Shown: piece by piece, positions 31,201-40,268 of the stretch
Layout: every line of letters starts with the position of its first letter
Numbering within the stretch: position 1 is the stretch's first letter
Origin: Bacteroidales bacterium
GTDB lineage: Bacteria > Bacteroidota > Bacteroidia > Bacteroidales > SZUA-534
Length of the DNA: 64,000 bases
Direction: 5' to 3'
Assembly (NCBI GenBank): GCA_045640185.1
Contig: JAZUEN010000053.1
Span: 6,289-70,288 of the forward strand
Notes under the pieces: generated by a model
What the model was told of the DNA's origin: nothing
Database searches by the model: none
Seen by the model: the letters and a program-made list of their open reading frames with translations, nothing else
Position numbers and translations under genes: made by a program

Positions 31201-31425
31201 TGCGCAAGGCACAAAAAAAACAGCCATTCTTTTTTGGGGGTGAAGGTGGCTGTTTTTGTTGCCGGTGGGGAGGCAACTTCAGGGCTATTTTTTCGTGGGC
31301 CCGTTTGATTGAATGACCAAATGTACATACGATTGCCCTACTGCTAATGACAAATGAAAATTCGGTAGGAACAACTTCATATTCGGCTGGGTTCAATTCA
31401 TATTCGGCAAACAGAATGGCCCAGG

Positions 31426-32772
31426 CTATATCACCAAAGCATTATCGCCCTTTATCAGCTTATACAAATCCATAGCATACAAGTCGGTCGTTCCGGATAT
31501 GAAGTCGAGCGTTGAACGGCACTTTCCGTAAACTGAATCGGTTTCGGTCTTGTACTGCTCTGGAATGAGCTGCAGAAGCTTGCGCGAATAATTCGACTTC
31601 GGGTCCATGGTTGCCTGCAGAAATTCCTCAACCAAGGTCTTCAGCACGTTGTAGCCCGTGATTTCGACCTTTACAACTGAACGGTTGTTGTATATCTTCT
31701 TTACCGACAAGTTGCTACTTTCAGCATACTCTGTCTCGATTTTTTCGGGCAGATTCTTGACAAGCGAGCCTGTGAAGGTGCCATTCATGATGGCCTCCTG
31801 ATTGTTCAGGAACACTTCGGAAGTGCGCGTCACCAGATGGTTTATGGACATGGCGCGCAAAAATGCGACAAGTTCGTTATTGTCAGTTACAACGCCCTTT
31901 ACGTCGTCGAGCTTCTTCCTGAAAATCTTTAGGTTCTCGCCATCGAAGAAGCTCGAAAGGCGCTCACGCGTCTCGTCAAACGACAGGATTCCGAGCCTGT
32001 GGGCATCCTCAATGTCCATAATCATATAAGCAATGTCGTCAGCGGCCTCCATCAGATAGGCGAGCGGGCTGCGGGCATAGATGCATTTTTCCTTGTCGAT
32101 GCACTCAAGCCCTGCCTCGGCCACTATTTTCTCGAACGCGTCCTTTTCGCTCTGGAAGAATCCGTATTTGCCCTTCTTGGTGCGCTCGGTTGACGGGAAC
32201 GGATATTTTATCATAGCCGCCAGGCATGCGTAAGTAAGCATCATGCCACCGGGCCTGCGCCCCTTGAACTGGTGTGTCAGCAGACGAATCAGGTTGGCAT
32301 TGCCCTCGAAATTTGTCAAGTCGAGCCATTCGGCCTCGGTCATCTCCGATTTCAGGCTACGCCCGTTGCCATTCTCGAAATAGTTGGATATGGCACTCTC
32401 GCCAGAGTGTCCGAAAGGCGGGTTTCCGAGGTCGTGGGCGAGCCCCGCCACCGACACAATGGTGCCCAGTTCGCCCATGAGCGGGCGCACCCTTTCATCG
32501 ACATTGGGCGAAATCCTGCTGGCCACAATGTTGCCAAGCGAACGGCTGATGCTTGCCACCTCAAGGCTGTGAGTAAGCCGGTTGTGCACAAAAACGCTTC
32601 CTGGCAGAGGAAACACCTGCGTCTTGTTTTGCAGGCGACGGAAAGGCGAGCTGAAAATCAGGCGGTCGTAGTCGCGCTGAAAGTTGGTACGTATGATTTC
32701 AATGTCGATGTCCTTGACATTTGGTTCCCTTCCGAACCGATTAGTTGACAATAACCTGCTCCAATCCATCAT
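31426..32772 (-). CDS. dgt: dGTP triphosphohydrolase-like HD-domain protein
   Basis: NRLTHSLEV and AHDLGNPPFGHSGE HD motifs. Start at the ATG overlapping the lspA stop (ATGA at 32772-32769). The longer ORF to 32916 overlaps lspA. Confidence 0.85.
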   Translation of the reverse strand: MMDWSRLLSTNRFGREPNVKDIDIEIIRTNFQRDYDRLIFSSPFRRLQNKTQVFPLPGSVFVHNRLTHSLEVASISRSLGNIVASRISPNVDERVRPLMGELGTIVSVAGLAHDLGNPPFGHSGESAISNYFENGNGRSLKSEMTEAEWLDLTNFEGNANLIRLLTHQFKGRRPGGMMLTYACLAAMIKYPFPSTERTKKGKYGFFQSEKDAFEKIVAEAGLECIDKEKCIYARSPLAYLMEAADDIAYMIMDIEDAHRLGILSFDETRERLSSFFDGENLKIFRKKLDDVKGVVTDNNELVAFLRAMSINHLVTRTSEVFLNNQEAIMNGTFTGSLVKNLPEKIETEYAESSNLSVKKIYNNRSVVKVEITGYNVLKTLVEEFLQATMDPKSNYSRKLLQLIPEQYKTETDSVYGKCRSTLDFISGTTDLYAMDLYKLIKGDNALVI

Positions 32773-33392
32773 TTCTCGAGTTCTTTTTGAAGTGTCTTGC
32801 GTTCGAACAGCAACATCCATATCACGCCACAGGTTATGGCAGAATCGGCGATGTTGAATATTGGACGGAAGAATATGAATTCCTCGCCCGGATGAAATGG
32901 CGACCACGCTGGCCAATGCGCCTCAATAAGAGGAAAATAGAGCATATCGACCACCCGGCCTTGCAGAAATCCTGAATATCCTGTGCCGAATGGGACAAAT
33001 GACGCCAAATTATTCCAGCTGTCGTTGAATATCAGCCCATAAAAGGCGCAATCGAATATGTTGCCGGCGGCTCCCGCCATAATCATTGTCACACAGATGA
33101 AATAGCCCATCGGGACAGCATTTGCAGCACGTCGTGAAAGACGATGCAAGTAGTAGATGATAAGGCCGACCATTGCCAGCCTGAAAATGCTCAGCAGATA
33201 TTTGCCAACCTGTCCGAACAGCTCTATTCCAAAAGCCATTCCGTTGTTTTCGGTGAAATGGATTATGAACCAATTGCCGAAGATGTGTATCTCCTCGCCA
33301 ATCATCATGTGGGTCTTGATCCATATTTTCAGTGCCTGGTCGGCGGCAAGAATCAAGACGGCCAATAGGATTGCCAGTTTACCTTTGCTCAT
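32769..33392 (-). CDS. lspA: lipoprotein signal peptidase II
   Basis: ADQALKIWI, NNGMAFG and VVDMLYFP...FNIADS motifs. Four TM segments. Confidence 0.9.
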   Translation of the reverse strand: MSKGKLAILLAVLILAADQALKIWIKTHMMIGEEIHIFGNWFIIHFTENNGMAFGIELFGQVGKYLLSIFRLAMVGLIIYYLHRLSRRAANAVPMGYFICVTMIMAGAAGNIFDCAFYGLIFNDSWNNLASFVPFGTGYSGFLQGRVVDMLYFPLIEAHWPAWSPFHPGEEFIFFRPIFNIADSAITCGVIWMLLFERKTLQKELEK

Positions 33393-33575
33393 TTATATTG
33401 ACTTGTGGGGCCAAAATCCCCGATTAAAAATCAAATGAAACTTAAGAATGTCTTGCTGGTCCAGAAATCGCGCAAAGCAATTTATGGAATTTGCAAGTGT
33501 ATTCAAAAAACAGCCACAAGAGCCATTGCTATGCGCAAGAGCCATTGTGGCTGTAAAAATATGCTTTTTATCCAA

Positions 33576-33965
33576 CTATTTCTTGCTTGCGTTTTTTGCC
33601 TCGACGCTCAATGTTGCATGAGGCACAGCGCGAAGGCGCTCTTTGGGAATGAGCTGACCTGTCTCACGGCAAATGCCATAGGTCTTATTCTCAATGCGTA
33701 CCAAAGCCGCTTTAAGGTGTTGAATAAACTTCTCCTGATGCTGCGCAAGACGACCTGTCTCTTCACGTGAAAGAACGCTTGCTCCTTCTTCCAAAACCTT
33801 GAAGGTTGGTGATGTATCAAGAGTGTCGTTGCCATCAGTGTGTGCGAGAGTTTTGCATAGCACTTCGTATTCTTCTTGGGCTTGTGCCAACTTTTCAAGA
33901 ATAATCTGCTTAAACTCTGCTAATTCTTCGTCAGAATATCTGACTTTTGGTTGTTCATCGCTCAT
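33576..33965 (-). CDS. DksA/TraR-family C4 zinc-finger protein
   Basis: Start at Met21 (MSDEQPK...). Coiled-coil region followed by C-terminal CRETGQLIPKERLRAVPHATL. Confidence 0.75.
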   Translation of the reverse strand: MSDEQPKVRYSDEELAEFKQIILEKLAQAQEEYEVLCKTLAHTDGNDTLDTSPTFKVLEEGASVLSREETGRLAQHQEKFIQHLKAALVRIENKTYGICRETGQLIPKERLRAVPHATLSVEAKNASKK

Positions 33966-34059
33966 AGTGGTATGAATTAGGTGGGCTAAAAGTAGAATTT
34001 TTGGTATGGTGTGGCTATAGCGCAACGCGTTTTTTACAACATAATTATTAACAACGGTT

Positions 34060-34380
34060 CAACAAATGCCTTGTGGCATTTGGCTATTTGCCTTTGGCAG
34101 TTAGCCACTTTTGCCTTGTGCCTTATGCCTTTTCATCTAATTTCAATTTCCCGTAGGGAAACCCCATTGGTAGAAAATGCCCATTATGCGTTTAACGGCA
34201 TTCCGTAGGAATGCGCCAATGTCGCAATGGCTCCATTCCGATGGAATGGAAATGGCTGTGATAATGCGTGTTTTCTACCGAGCGTTAATGCCTAACGGCA
34301 TTCTGTTGGAAATTGGCCTTTTGCCGTTGGCTTATGCCTTATCCCTTTTACTTTTGCCTTTCCCCTTATGCCTTTAATTT
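34060..34380. repeat. mosaic of small palindromes and T/G-rich word repeats (REP-like intergenic element)
   Basis: Hairpins AATGCCttgtGGCATT (34065-34080), CATTCCgtaGGAATG (34199-34213) and CCATTCCgatGGAATGG (34234-34250). Imperfect inverted repeat at 34169-34187 / 34261-34279. TTGCCTT / TTATGCCTT words flank both sides. Confidence 0.7.
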
Positions 34381-34491
34381 GATTGAATATGACCAATTGA
34401 AAAAAACGCAAGGGCGACGCTATGGAACGCCACCCCTGCAAGTAACTACGTAATAACCAAACGTGTTTTCTCTTATTCACCCTGTGCCATA

Positions 34492-35151
34492 TCAAAATAT
34501 ATTAATGCTTTTTGCTGAATGTGGCTTGCTGAAAAATATATCGTTGTCCATCGTAATAACCTCATTCGTGCTGTCGTTTCTGACTGTCAAGACATAATGC
34601 GCATTTCTTTTATAGTCAACCTCGAACGTATGCGATCCTTTATCGCCGATTACAGAATCGATTGGTGTTTGCAGATTGTTTTTGTTGTACAAGAACGCTG
34701 TGCTTCTGCTAGTTTCCTTTATAGTACAGGATATTCGGCACTGTCTTTTGCCAAGCATTCCTGAAGTATCGGTACTTGGACGGTATAAATCAATATAATC
34801 TATATAGCTATATGTGTCGTTATCGCCGTTGTACTCTTCCTTCGAAACCTTTTTATTGATAGTGCAAAAAGCCATTTCCATTTCTCTTAATTTTAACTCT
34901 GCCGAGAAATGATATTTGCCCGACGATGGTGCAACATCTGCCGAATCAAGTAACTGATTGCTGTCGATATTGAACAAATATACCTTGCTGATTTTTTCCC
35001 GTTTATTGTTGCCAATTGTTCCTGTGTAGTCAAACACAGCAGTGCTGTCGGTTAAAGGCGTGCAAGTAGGAGAAAATACGCCTGTGTTATTGTCTGTTTC
35101 GCAAGCCGAGAGCAAGCCGACAACTGCAAATGCCAATATTAAGTGTTTCAT
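34492..35151 (-). CDS. orphan lipoprotein
   Basis: Lipobox LLSAC. 219 aa with no recognisable domain. Last gene of the ABC/GntR operon. Confidence 0.6.
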   Translation of the reverse strand: MKHLILAFAVVGLLSACETDNNTGVFSPTCTPLTDSTAVFDYTGTIGNNKREKISKVYLFNIDSNQLLDSADVAPSSGKYHFSAELKLREMEMAFCTINKKVSKEEYNGDNDTYSYIDYIDLYRPSTDTSGMLGKRQCRISCTIKETSRSTAFLYNKNNLQTPIDSVIGDKGSHTFEVDYKRNAHYVLTVRNDSTNEVITMDNDIFFSKPHSAKSINIF

Positions 35152-35219
35152 TGTTTTGTCGTTTTTGGTTAAGGAGAATTTCTGTTAATTCTCCGATTTA
35201 AATATTTTATGAATATGGG

Positions 35220-37205
35220 TTAATCTCCATAGTAAATACGGACTTTGGTAGTGCTGTCCTTTATGTAGATGTCGTCGGACAACTTTACAAGTTCTCCCTT
35301 TCTGCTGTCTGTTTCGTAATAGACTGAGTAGTGTTTCTGCGGTTTCACTTTTTCGTAGAAAAAGGCGCGATTAATATTATTTCTTTTTACAGTGTCAATG
35401 CAGACAGTTCTATCTTCATTATCAAAAAGATAGTACCAGCCATTAAACTTATCCCCGTTGAGTGTAATACTTACCACTATAATTGGCAATGTTAGGTTGT
35501 CTTCCATAAAATCACCGTACTTTGTTAAATTACAAAAAGTACTCCAGGCCAAGTTGTCGGTTAGCAATCCATATTGCCAAATGTCGTCTGCGGTCAATGA
35601 CTTTCTTTTAAACACTTTCTCAAAATATGGCTTTAAAGGCTTGCACTCGTTGTTCCATTGTTCCAAAACCGACTTGTACTCCGCGTTGGCAATGTTGGCG
35701 TGTACAAATTCGTAATATTGCTTGAACTCGTTCAGCGAACCAGCCGTCGTATTGTTGTATGGATTTGAATAATTCTTAAATTTCATCAGTCGTATATATT
35801 CACAACTAGTGTAGTGCATACTGTTTTTTGTACTGTCGGTGTAGAATAGGCAACGGCCTTGATTCGGGTTTAACGATACAACAGACGACGTTAATGCCAT
35901 ATCTGCAAAATTCCTGCTCAATCCCAGTTCTTTGGCCAATTCGTAATGGTTTTCATAAATCTCAGTGCGGGAAATAAATTTTTCATAACTGATACTATTA
36001 TTATTCCAAACACGTATTCCCAATAAATTGCACAACGAGTCAAAACTGTAGTCTGCCCTACGGCGAAGCATAACATTCTTTGCATAATCGAATGCCATTT
36101 TCGACTGCATAATGTCGTTGTCGGCCAGCGATGTGTTCTTGATAACCGAGTCGGCATACTCGCAAAGGCAAATAAATGTGTTTGCACGCGAGTATTCAAA
36201 AACGTTTTGGACATAGCGCCTATACTTCTCCGATACGGGCACATTCAGGCTGTCGAAGGCGTTTTTAATGTTTTTGGCCACGGCTTCATACGCCTCTTTT
36301 TCGCGCTTGACAAATGTGTTGTAATTCAATTTATTATTGGCATAATCGTCGCTGTATTCAATATTGATTGGGCTCCTCTTAATGTAATCCAGATTGAACG
36401 GGGTGTCACAGATATGGTCTTTTGGGTGTTCTTTCAGAATCAGCGCCATATAGTTTGCGCACAGGTTGTTGTCGGTGCCCATTGCAACATCACAGAGCCA
36501 GCCATTTTTCATTACCAATATCGTATCGCCTTGTCCTACAGTTAAATGCAGATTATTCTCGAAGTCTGAAGCAAACGGGCTGATGTAAAATTCGGCCATA
36601 TTGACCACAGGAATTTTAGCCTCATACAGGCGTCCGTAATGGTCGTCGCTTTCCACGTAGGTCATTTTTGTGCTCCAGTCGCCGAGTCGGTTGTTGTAGC
36701 AGACAAAAAGGTTTCCGTAATAGCCATTGCTACTGCCGTCGATACGGCTTGTCAGATAGCGGGACTTGCTCATATCGTTGCGCACGTATGTCCGTATAAC
36801 GGCATATCCTACTGTTGTTTGCTCCATGTTGTAGGTTGATGTGTCGCGGTCGGCAACGTTTTTAGCCTTGTTGCGCATCAGCACATCCATCTTCCAACAC
36901 AGTTTCTTGGTTTTCCCGTTCTCGGTCACCGCCAGTGTGGAGTCGTTGTCGAAAGCGACATTCAGGCTAACCTGTTCGGTGTCGCAGGTCAAAGTCAGAT
37001 TCAGGCCGTCGGCGGTGGGCTCAACCGATTGGTAATCCCATCGGTTGTTTTTGTAGATGGCCGACTCCTCGAACAGGCCGTAGGTCCAATGTCCGTTATC
37101 CTGATTGAACCAACAGCCAATGTATTGCTCAGGTATATGGCTCTTGTAGGGGTTGCACGATGCAAGCAATCCCATTAAGGCTGAAATGTATAGTATTCTT
37201 TTCAT
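35220..37205 (-). CDS. orphan large lipoprotein (661 aa)
   Basis: Lipobox LLASC. Asn/Tyr/Cys-rich with no recognisable domain. Its start overlaps the stop of the upstream mini-ORF. Confidence 0.6.
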   Translation of the reverse strand: MKRILYISALMGLLASCNPYKSHIPEQYIGCWFNQDNGHWTYGLFEESAIYKNNRWDYQSVEPTADGLNLTLTCDTEQVSLNVAFDNDSTLAVTENGKTKKLCWKMDVLMRNKAKNVADRDTSTYNMEQTTVGYAVIRTYVRNDMSKSRYLTSRIDGSSNGYYGNLFVCYNNRLGDWSTKMTYVESDDHYGRLYEAKIPVVNMAEFYISPFASDFENNLHLTVGQGDTILVMKNGWLCDVAMGTDNNLCANYMALILKEHPKDHICDTPFNLDYIKRSPINIEYSDDYANNKLNYNTFVKREKEAYEAVAKNIKNAFDSLNVPVSEKYRRYVQNVFEYSRANTFICLCEYADSVIKNTSLADNDIMQSKMAFDYAKNVMLRRRADYSFDSLCNLLGIRVWNNNSISYEKFISRTEIYENHYELAKELGLSRNFADMALTSSVVSLNPNQGRCLFYTDSTKNSMHYTSCEYIRLMKFKNYSNPYNNTTAGSLNEFKQYYEFVHANIANAEYKSVLEQWNNECKPLKPYFEKVFKRKSLTADDIWQYGLLTDNLAWSTFCNLTKYGDFMEDNLTLPIIVVSITLNGDKFNGWYYLFDNEDRTVCIDTVKRNNINRAFFYEKVKPQKHYSVYYETDSRKGELVKLSDDIYIKDSTTKVRIYYGD

Positions 37206-37384
37206 ATCTTATTGACTTTTTGTTGTTTGTGTTTATTGCGATAGATATTGGCAATCTCGTCAATGCTGATTTCAAGTTTGTCAATCTCGCCAAAGAATCG
37301 GGCAAGCAAATCGCACTTGAGTGTCTGTCTGTCCTTTGGACGACTTGTGGTGGCGACTTTCGCCCCGTCAACTATGCCTTTCAT
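37202..37384 (-). CDS. truncated paralog of the C-terminal ~50 aa of the adjacent GntR/YtrA regulator (no wHTH)
   Basis: VDGAK...LARFFGEIDKLEISIDEIANIYRNKHKQ aligns with AEGAK...LPEFFNELDMLEISIDEVVKIYKERKKQ of the 37381..37743 product. The DNA is also similar. It has 4-nt stop/start overlaps on both sides. Confidence 0.45.
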   Translation of the reverse strand: MKGIVDGAKVATTSRPKDRQTLKCDLLARFFGEIDKLEISIDEIANIYRNKHKQQKVNKI

Positions 37385-37743
37385 TGCTTTTTCCTTTCCT
37401 TATAGATTTTCACCACCTCGTCAATAGAAATTTCAAGCATATCGAGTTCGTTGAAGAATTCGGGCAACGACTCGTTCATAAAGGCCTCGCGCCGTACGGC
37501 CTTGATCTGCTCCTTTGCGCCTTCTGCCACAAAGTAGCCAATGCCTCGGCGGTTGAAAATGATGTTGTTGCTTTGCAGGAAGTCGAATGAGCGCACCACA
37601 GTGTTGGCATTCACCTCCACGTTTGATGCATACTCGCGCACCGACGGCACACGCTCGCCCTCGGGGTATATTCCTGTCAGAATCTCGTTGCAGATGCGGT
37701 CAACTATCTGCATATATATCGGTCTGCTTTCCTTAAAATCCAT
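37381..37743 (-). CDS. GntR-family transcriptional regulator, YtrA subfamily
   Basis: PIYMQIVDRI...GERVPSVREYASNVEVNANTVVRSFDFLQSNNIIFNRRGIGYFV winged HTH. Short 120-aa length is typical of YtrA. Confidence 0.85.
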   Translation of the reverse strand: MDFKESRPIYMQIVDRICNEILTGIYPEGERVPSVREYASNVEVNANTVVRSFDFLQSNNIIFNRRGIGYFVAEGAKEQIKAVRREAFMNESLPEFFNELDMLEISIDEVVKIYKERKKQ

Positions 37744-37751
37744 AACTACTG

Positions 37752-38447
37752 TTATTTACACTGTTTTACATTGCTTTTGCAGAAACTTCTGTAGGCAAGA
37801 GCCATCAATAAAGCGCTGACAATGATGCCCGCCAGAAGTTCAACCACAGAAAGGGCAAAATCGGTCTTAATAATGATATAATGATGACAGTTTTCATATA
37901 GAAGCACCAGACCAAAAGTGATTATGGCTGTCCAAATAATTGAAAATGACTTGATAAGCACACTGTTGAGCGCTCCAATGGCCAGGCATATCGCAATCAG
38001 GGCGTATGCGTGGAAATATGTGCAACAGTAGTCGGCAAAATCGAACCTGCCTCCCAAGGAACATACTTCAACAACCGCAAGCCCCACAACCGCTATCAGG
38101 AACGGGAAAACCACATAGGTAAGCAACCGTGCGGTGAATTTTTCGCAAGCGGTGGCGGGCATTGTCATAAACGATATGCAGGAGCGCTTTCGGCTTGTGT
38201 TGACTAAAGTCCGTGTCGATAGAAACCAGGTCAGGCATACGGAACCCATCTCGCATATTGTTTCATATGAGAAATAGTCGCGGGCAAACGCGCTTACGGT
38301 CCCCTCGTAAAACGCGTAGTAGGCAAAAGTAATCAGTGCCCATACTGCGTACAGACAGCCTAATACCATTATCCAATATTTGGCAGGCTCCCACTCGTGG
38401 CGGAAAACTTGCGCAAATCGGGTTTTATTAATTGTTTCGTTTTTCAT
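37752..38447 (-). CDS. multi-pass membrane protein (putative permease component, paralog B)
   Basis: Start at Met28 (MKNETINKTRFAQVFRHEWEPAKYW). About 6 hydrophobic segments. The N-terminal motif is shared with the upstream gene. Confidence 0.6.
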   Translation of the reverse strand: MKNETINKTRFAQVFRHEWEPAKYWIMVLGCLYAVWALITFAYYAFYEGTVSAFARDYFSYETICEMGSVCLTWFLSTRTLVNTSRKRSCISFMTMPATACEKFTARLLTYVVFPFLIAVVGLAVVEVCSLGGRFDFADYCCTYFHAYALIAICLAIGALNSVLIKSFSIIWTAIITFGLVLLYENCHHYIIIKTDFALSVVELLAGIIVSALLMALAYRSFCKSNVKQCK

Positions 38448-38460
38448 AATAATTCTCCTT

Positions 38461-39198
38461 TCATTTTTTCCTCGACGATATGCCGTAAATGCTCTTGCGT
38501 TTGAACAGCACCCACGAAACAGGAACAAACACGATGAAAAATGCCATCACAATTGCCAGCGACAAGACAAGCGCGTGGCTGTGGACAGGATTCGCAACAT
38601 TGTAATACTCAATGAACGGCACCGTGAACATCAGGTTGATGTGCTCTATTATGTGAGCGAATAGTATAACCAGCACGCCTGTCATCAATACCGCAAACAG
38701 AATTTTCAGGCGGTTGAACAGCGCGCCCGCAAACAGCGCCACAAGCGATATGCCTATCACAAGCGCAGTTGTCAGCATATTTCCGCACAACAGCATCTCC
38801 TTTTGCAAAAGCGCAGTCTCCTCGTTTAACTGTATGAAGTGTCGCATCGGTTCGAACACAATGAACACCAATGCGGGTAAAACCCAAAACAGCAACATTC
38901 TGCAACAGAACTTCTCGATATTTGACGCGGGCACTACCGTAAAGGGCAGAAACGCCCGTTTGTCGGTAGTATGAGCCGATACAAAAAGTGGCATTATGAA
39001 AAGCATCACGGCAGGCCAGAATATTATTGTCGTTGTTCCCAGGTCATCGGTTTTCACAAACAGCGCCACAAGCCAGGCCATTATCATCATTGCAGTGTAG
39101 GCGGTGAGCCACACCCACGAATTTGCCCATTCGTGGCGCAAGAGCAACCCGAATCGGCGTAAGTTGAATTGGTTGTTCATAGCCAAGTCCTCCATCAT
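38461..39198 (-). CDS. multi-pass membrane protein (putative permease component, paralog A)
   Basis: N-terminal motif NLRRFGLLLRHEWANSWVW. About 6 hydrophobic segments. Its start overlaps the ABC ATPase stop. Confidence 0.6.
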   Translation of the reverse strand: MMEDLAMNNQFNLRRFGLLLRHEWANSWVWLTAYTAMMIMAWLVALFVKTDDLGTTTIIFWPAVMLFIMPLFVSAHTTDKRAFLPFTVVPASNIEKFCCRMLLFWVLPALVFIVFEPMRHFIQLNEETALLQKEMLLCGNMLTTALVIGISLVALFAGALFNRLKILFAVLMTGVLVILFAHIIEHINLMFTVPFIEYYNVANPVHSHALVLSLAIVMAFFIVFVPVSWVLFKRKSIYGISSRKK

Positions 39199-40031
39199 TT
39201 ACTGAAAACCGACTGAATTTTCTCCGTCTCGGCCAAGACGGCGTTAAACAGCATTTCAATGTTGAGCGGAGTCTCGCTGTCGTCGGCCATTTTTGGGCGG
39301 ACAATGCAGTCGCCAACGCCAAATGGTAGGCTGAAAATGGTGTTTTCGGGGTGGTTGCCTACGGCGCACTCGCCAAAAACCAGATGTTGCACTATTTCCG
39401 ACACCGAATGGTTGAACAGCAACTTGCCGTCGCCAATGATGGTGATCTCGTCGATAAGGTTCTCGACGTCGCGCACCTGATGAGTTGAGATGATGACCGT
39501 CCGTTCATCGTTCATACAGCCCGACACCACCTTGCGGAATTGGCTCTTTGACGGAATATCTAGGCCGTTGGTTGGCTCGTCCATAATCAGCAACTGTGTG
39601 TTGGTTGCCAAAGCAAAGCATACAAAAGCCTTTTTCTTCTGTCCCATTGATAGCGCCTTCAGATTCATATTGCGGTTCATATTGAAGCCTGCCAGGCAAT
39701 GGTCAAGCGTCTCGTTGCTGAATTTCGGGTAGAACGGAGCATTCAACTTTATGTACTTGTCGAAAGGCATATTAGGCAAATCGAACTCTTCTGGCACAAT
39801 GAAAAGGTCGGCCAGCGCATTCGGGTTGCGCTTTTGCATATCGTAGCCATTGAACATCACTTCGCCTTTTTGCGCGAACAGAAGTCCGCTCATAAGATAT
39901 AGCAATGTCGATTTGCCAGCCCCGTTGAGTCCGAGCAAACCGTAAATTTTTCCTTCGCTGAACGACAGATTCAGGTCGCTGAACACCTTGTGTCCTTTAT
40001 AACCAAATTCTAAGTTGCCAATTGTAATCAT
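39195..40031 (-). CDS. ABC transporter ATP-binding protein
   Basis: Walker A GLNGAGKST, signature LSMGQKKK, Walker B LLIMDEPTNGLD. Confidence 0.85.
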   Translation of the reverse strand: MITIGNLEFGYKGHKVFSDLNLSFSEGKIYGLLGLNGAGKSTLLYLMSGLLFAQKGEVMFNGYDMQKRNPNALADLFIVPEEFDLPNMPFDKYIKLNAPFYPKFSNETLDHCLAGFNMNRNMNLKALSMGQKKKAFVCFALATNTQLLIMDEPTNGLDIPSKSQFRKVVSGCMNDERTVIISTHQVRDVENLIDEITIIGDGKLLFNHSVSEIVQHLVFGECAVGNHPENTIFSLPFGVGDCIVRPKMADDSETPLNIEMLFNAVLAETEKIQSVFSK

Positions 40032-40248
40032 TTTATATTTTCGTTTATTAGTGTGTTAGATGATTAGTACACTGCAAATGTAGCAATCATTTTCAATCTG
40101 CAATCATTTTCTTGAAAAATTTTGTTTGAAAATAAGGCAGTTGGCACGTGATAGTATTTTTAGTCATTGAAAATCAATGTGTTGTGCAACTGTTTTTTTG
40201 GTACGATTTAATTGCCTGAGTTGTAACATTCTATTTAATTCACAGTCA

Positions 40249-40264
40249 TATCTTTGTATCTTTG
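40249..40264 (+). promoter_or_regulatory. tandem duplicated -7 boxes (TATCTTTG x2)
   Basis: Two adjacent matches to TAnnTTTG at 40249-40256 and 40257-40264, just upstream of the 44-nt leader element and the acyltransferase ATG (40310). Confidence 0.4.
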
Positions 40265-40268
40265 TATA

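Noticed and set aside
34011-34495. Three 65-67-aa ORFs within the 34-kb mosaic repeat region
   Set aside because: They overlap one another in different frames, are built from the repeat words (Leu/Pro/Ala/Cys-rich), and lack start contexts. The region is better explained as a non-coding repeat element.
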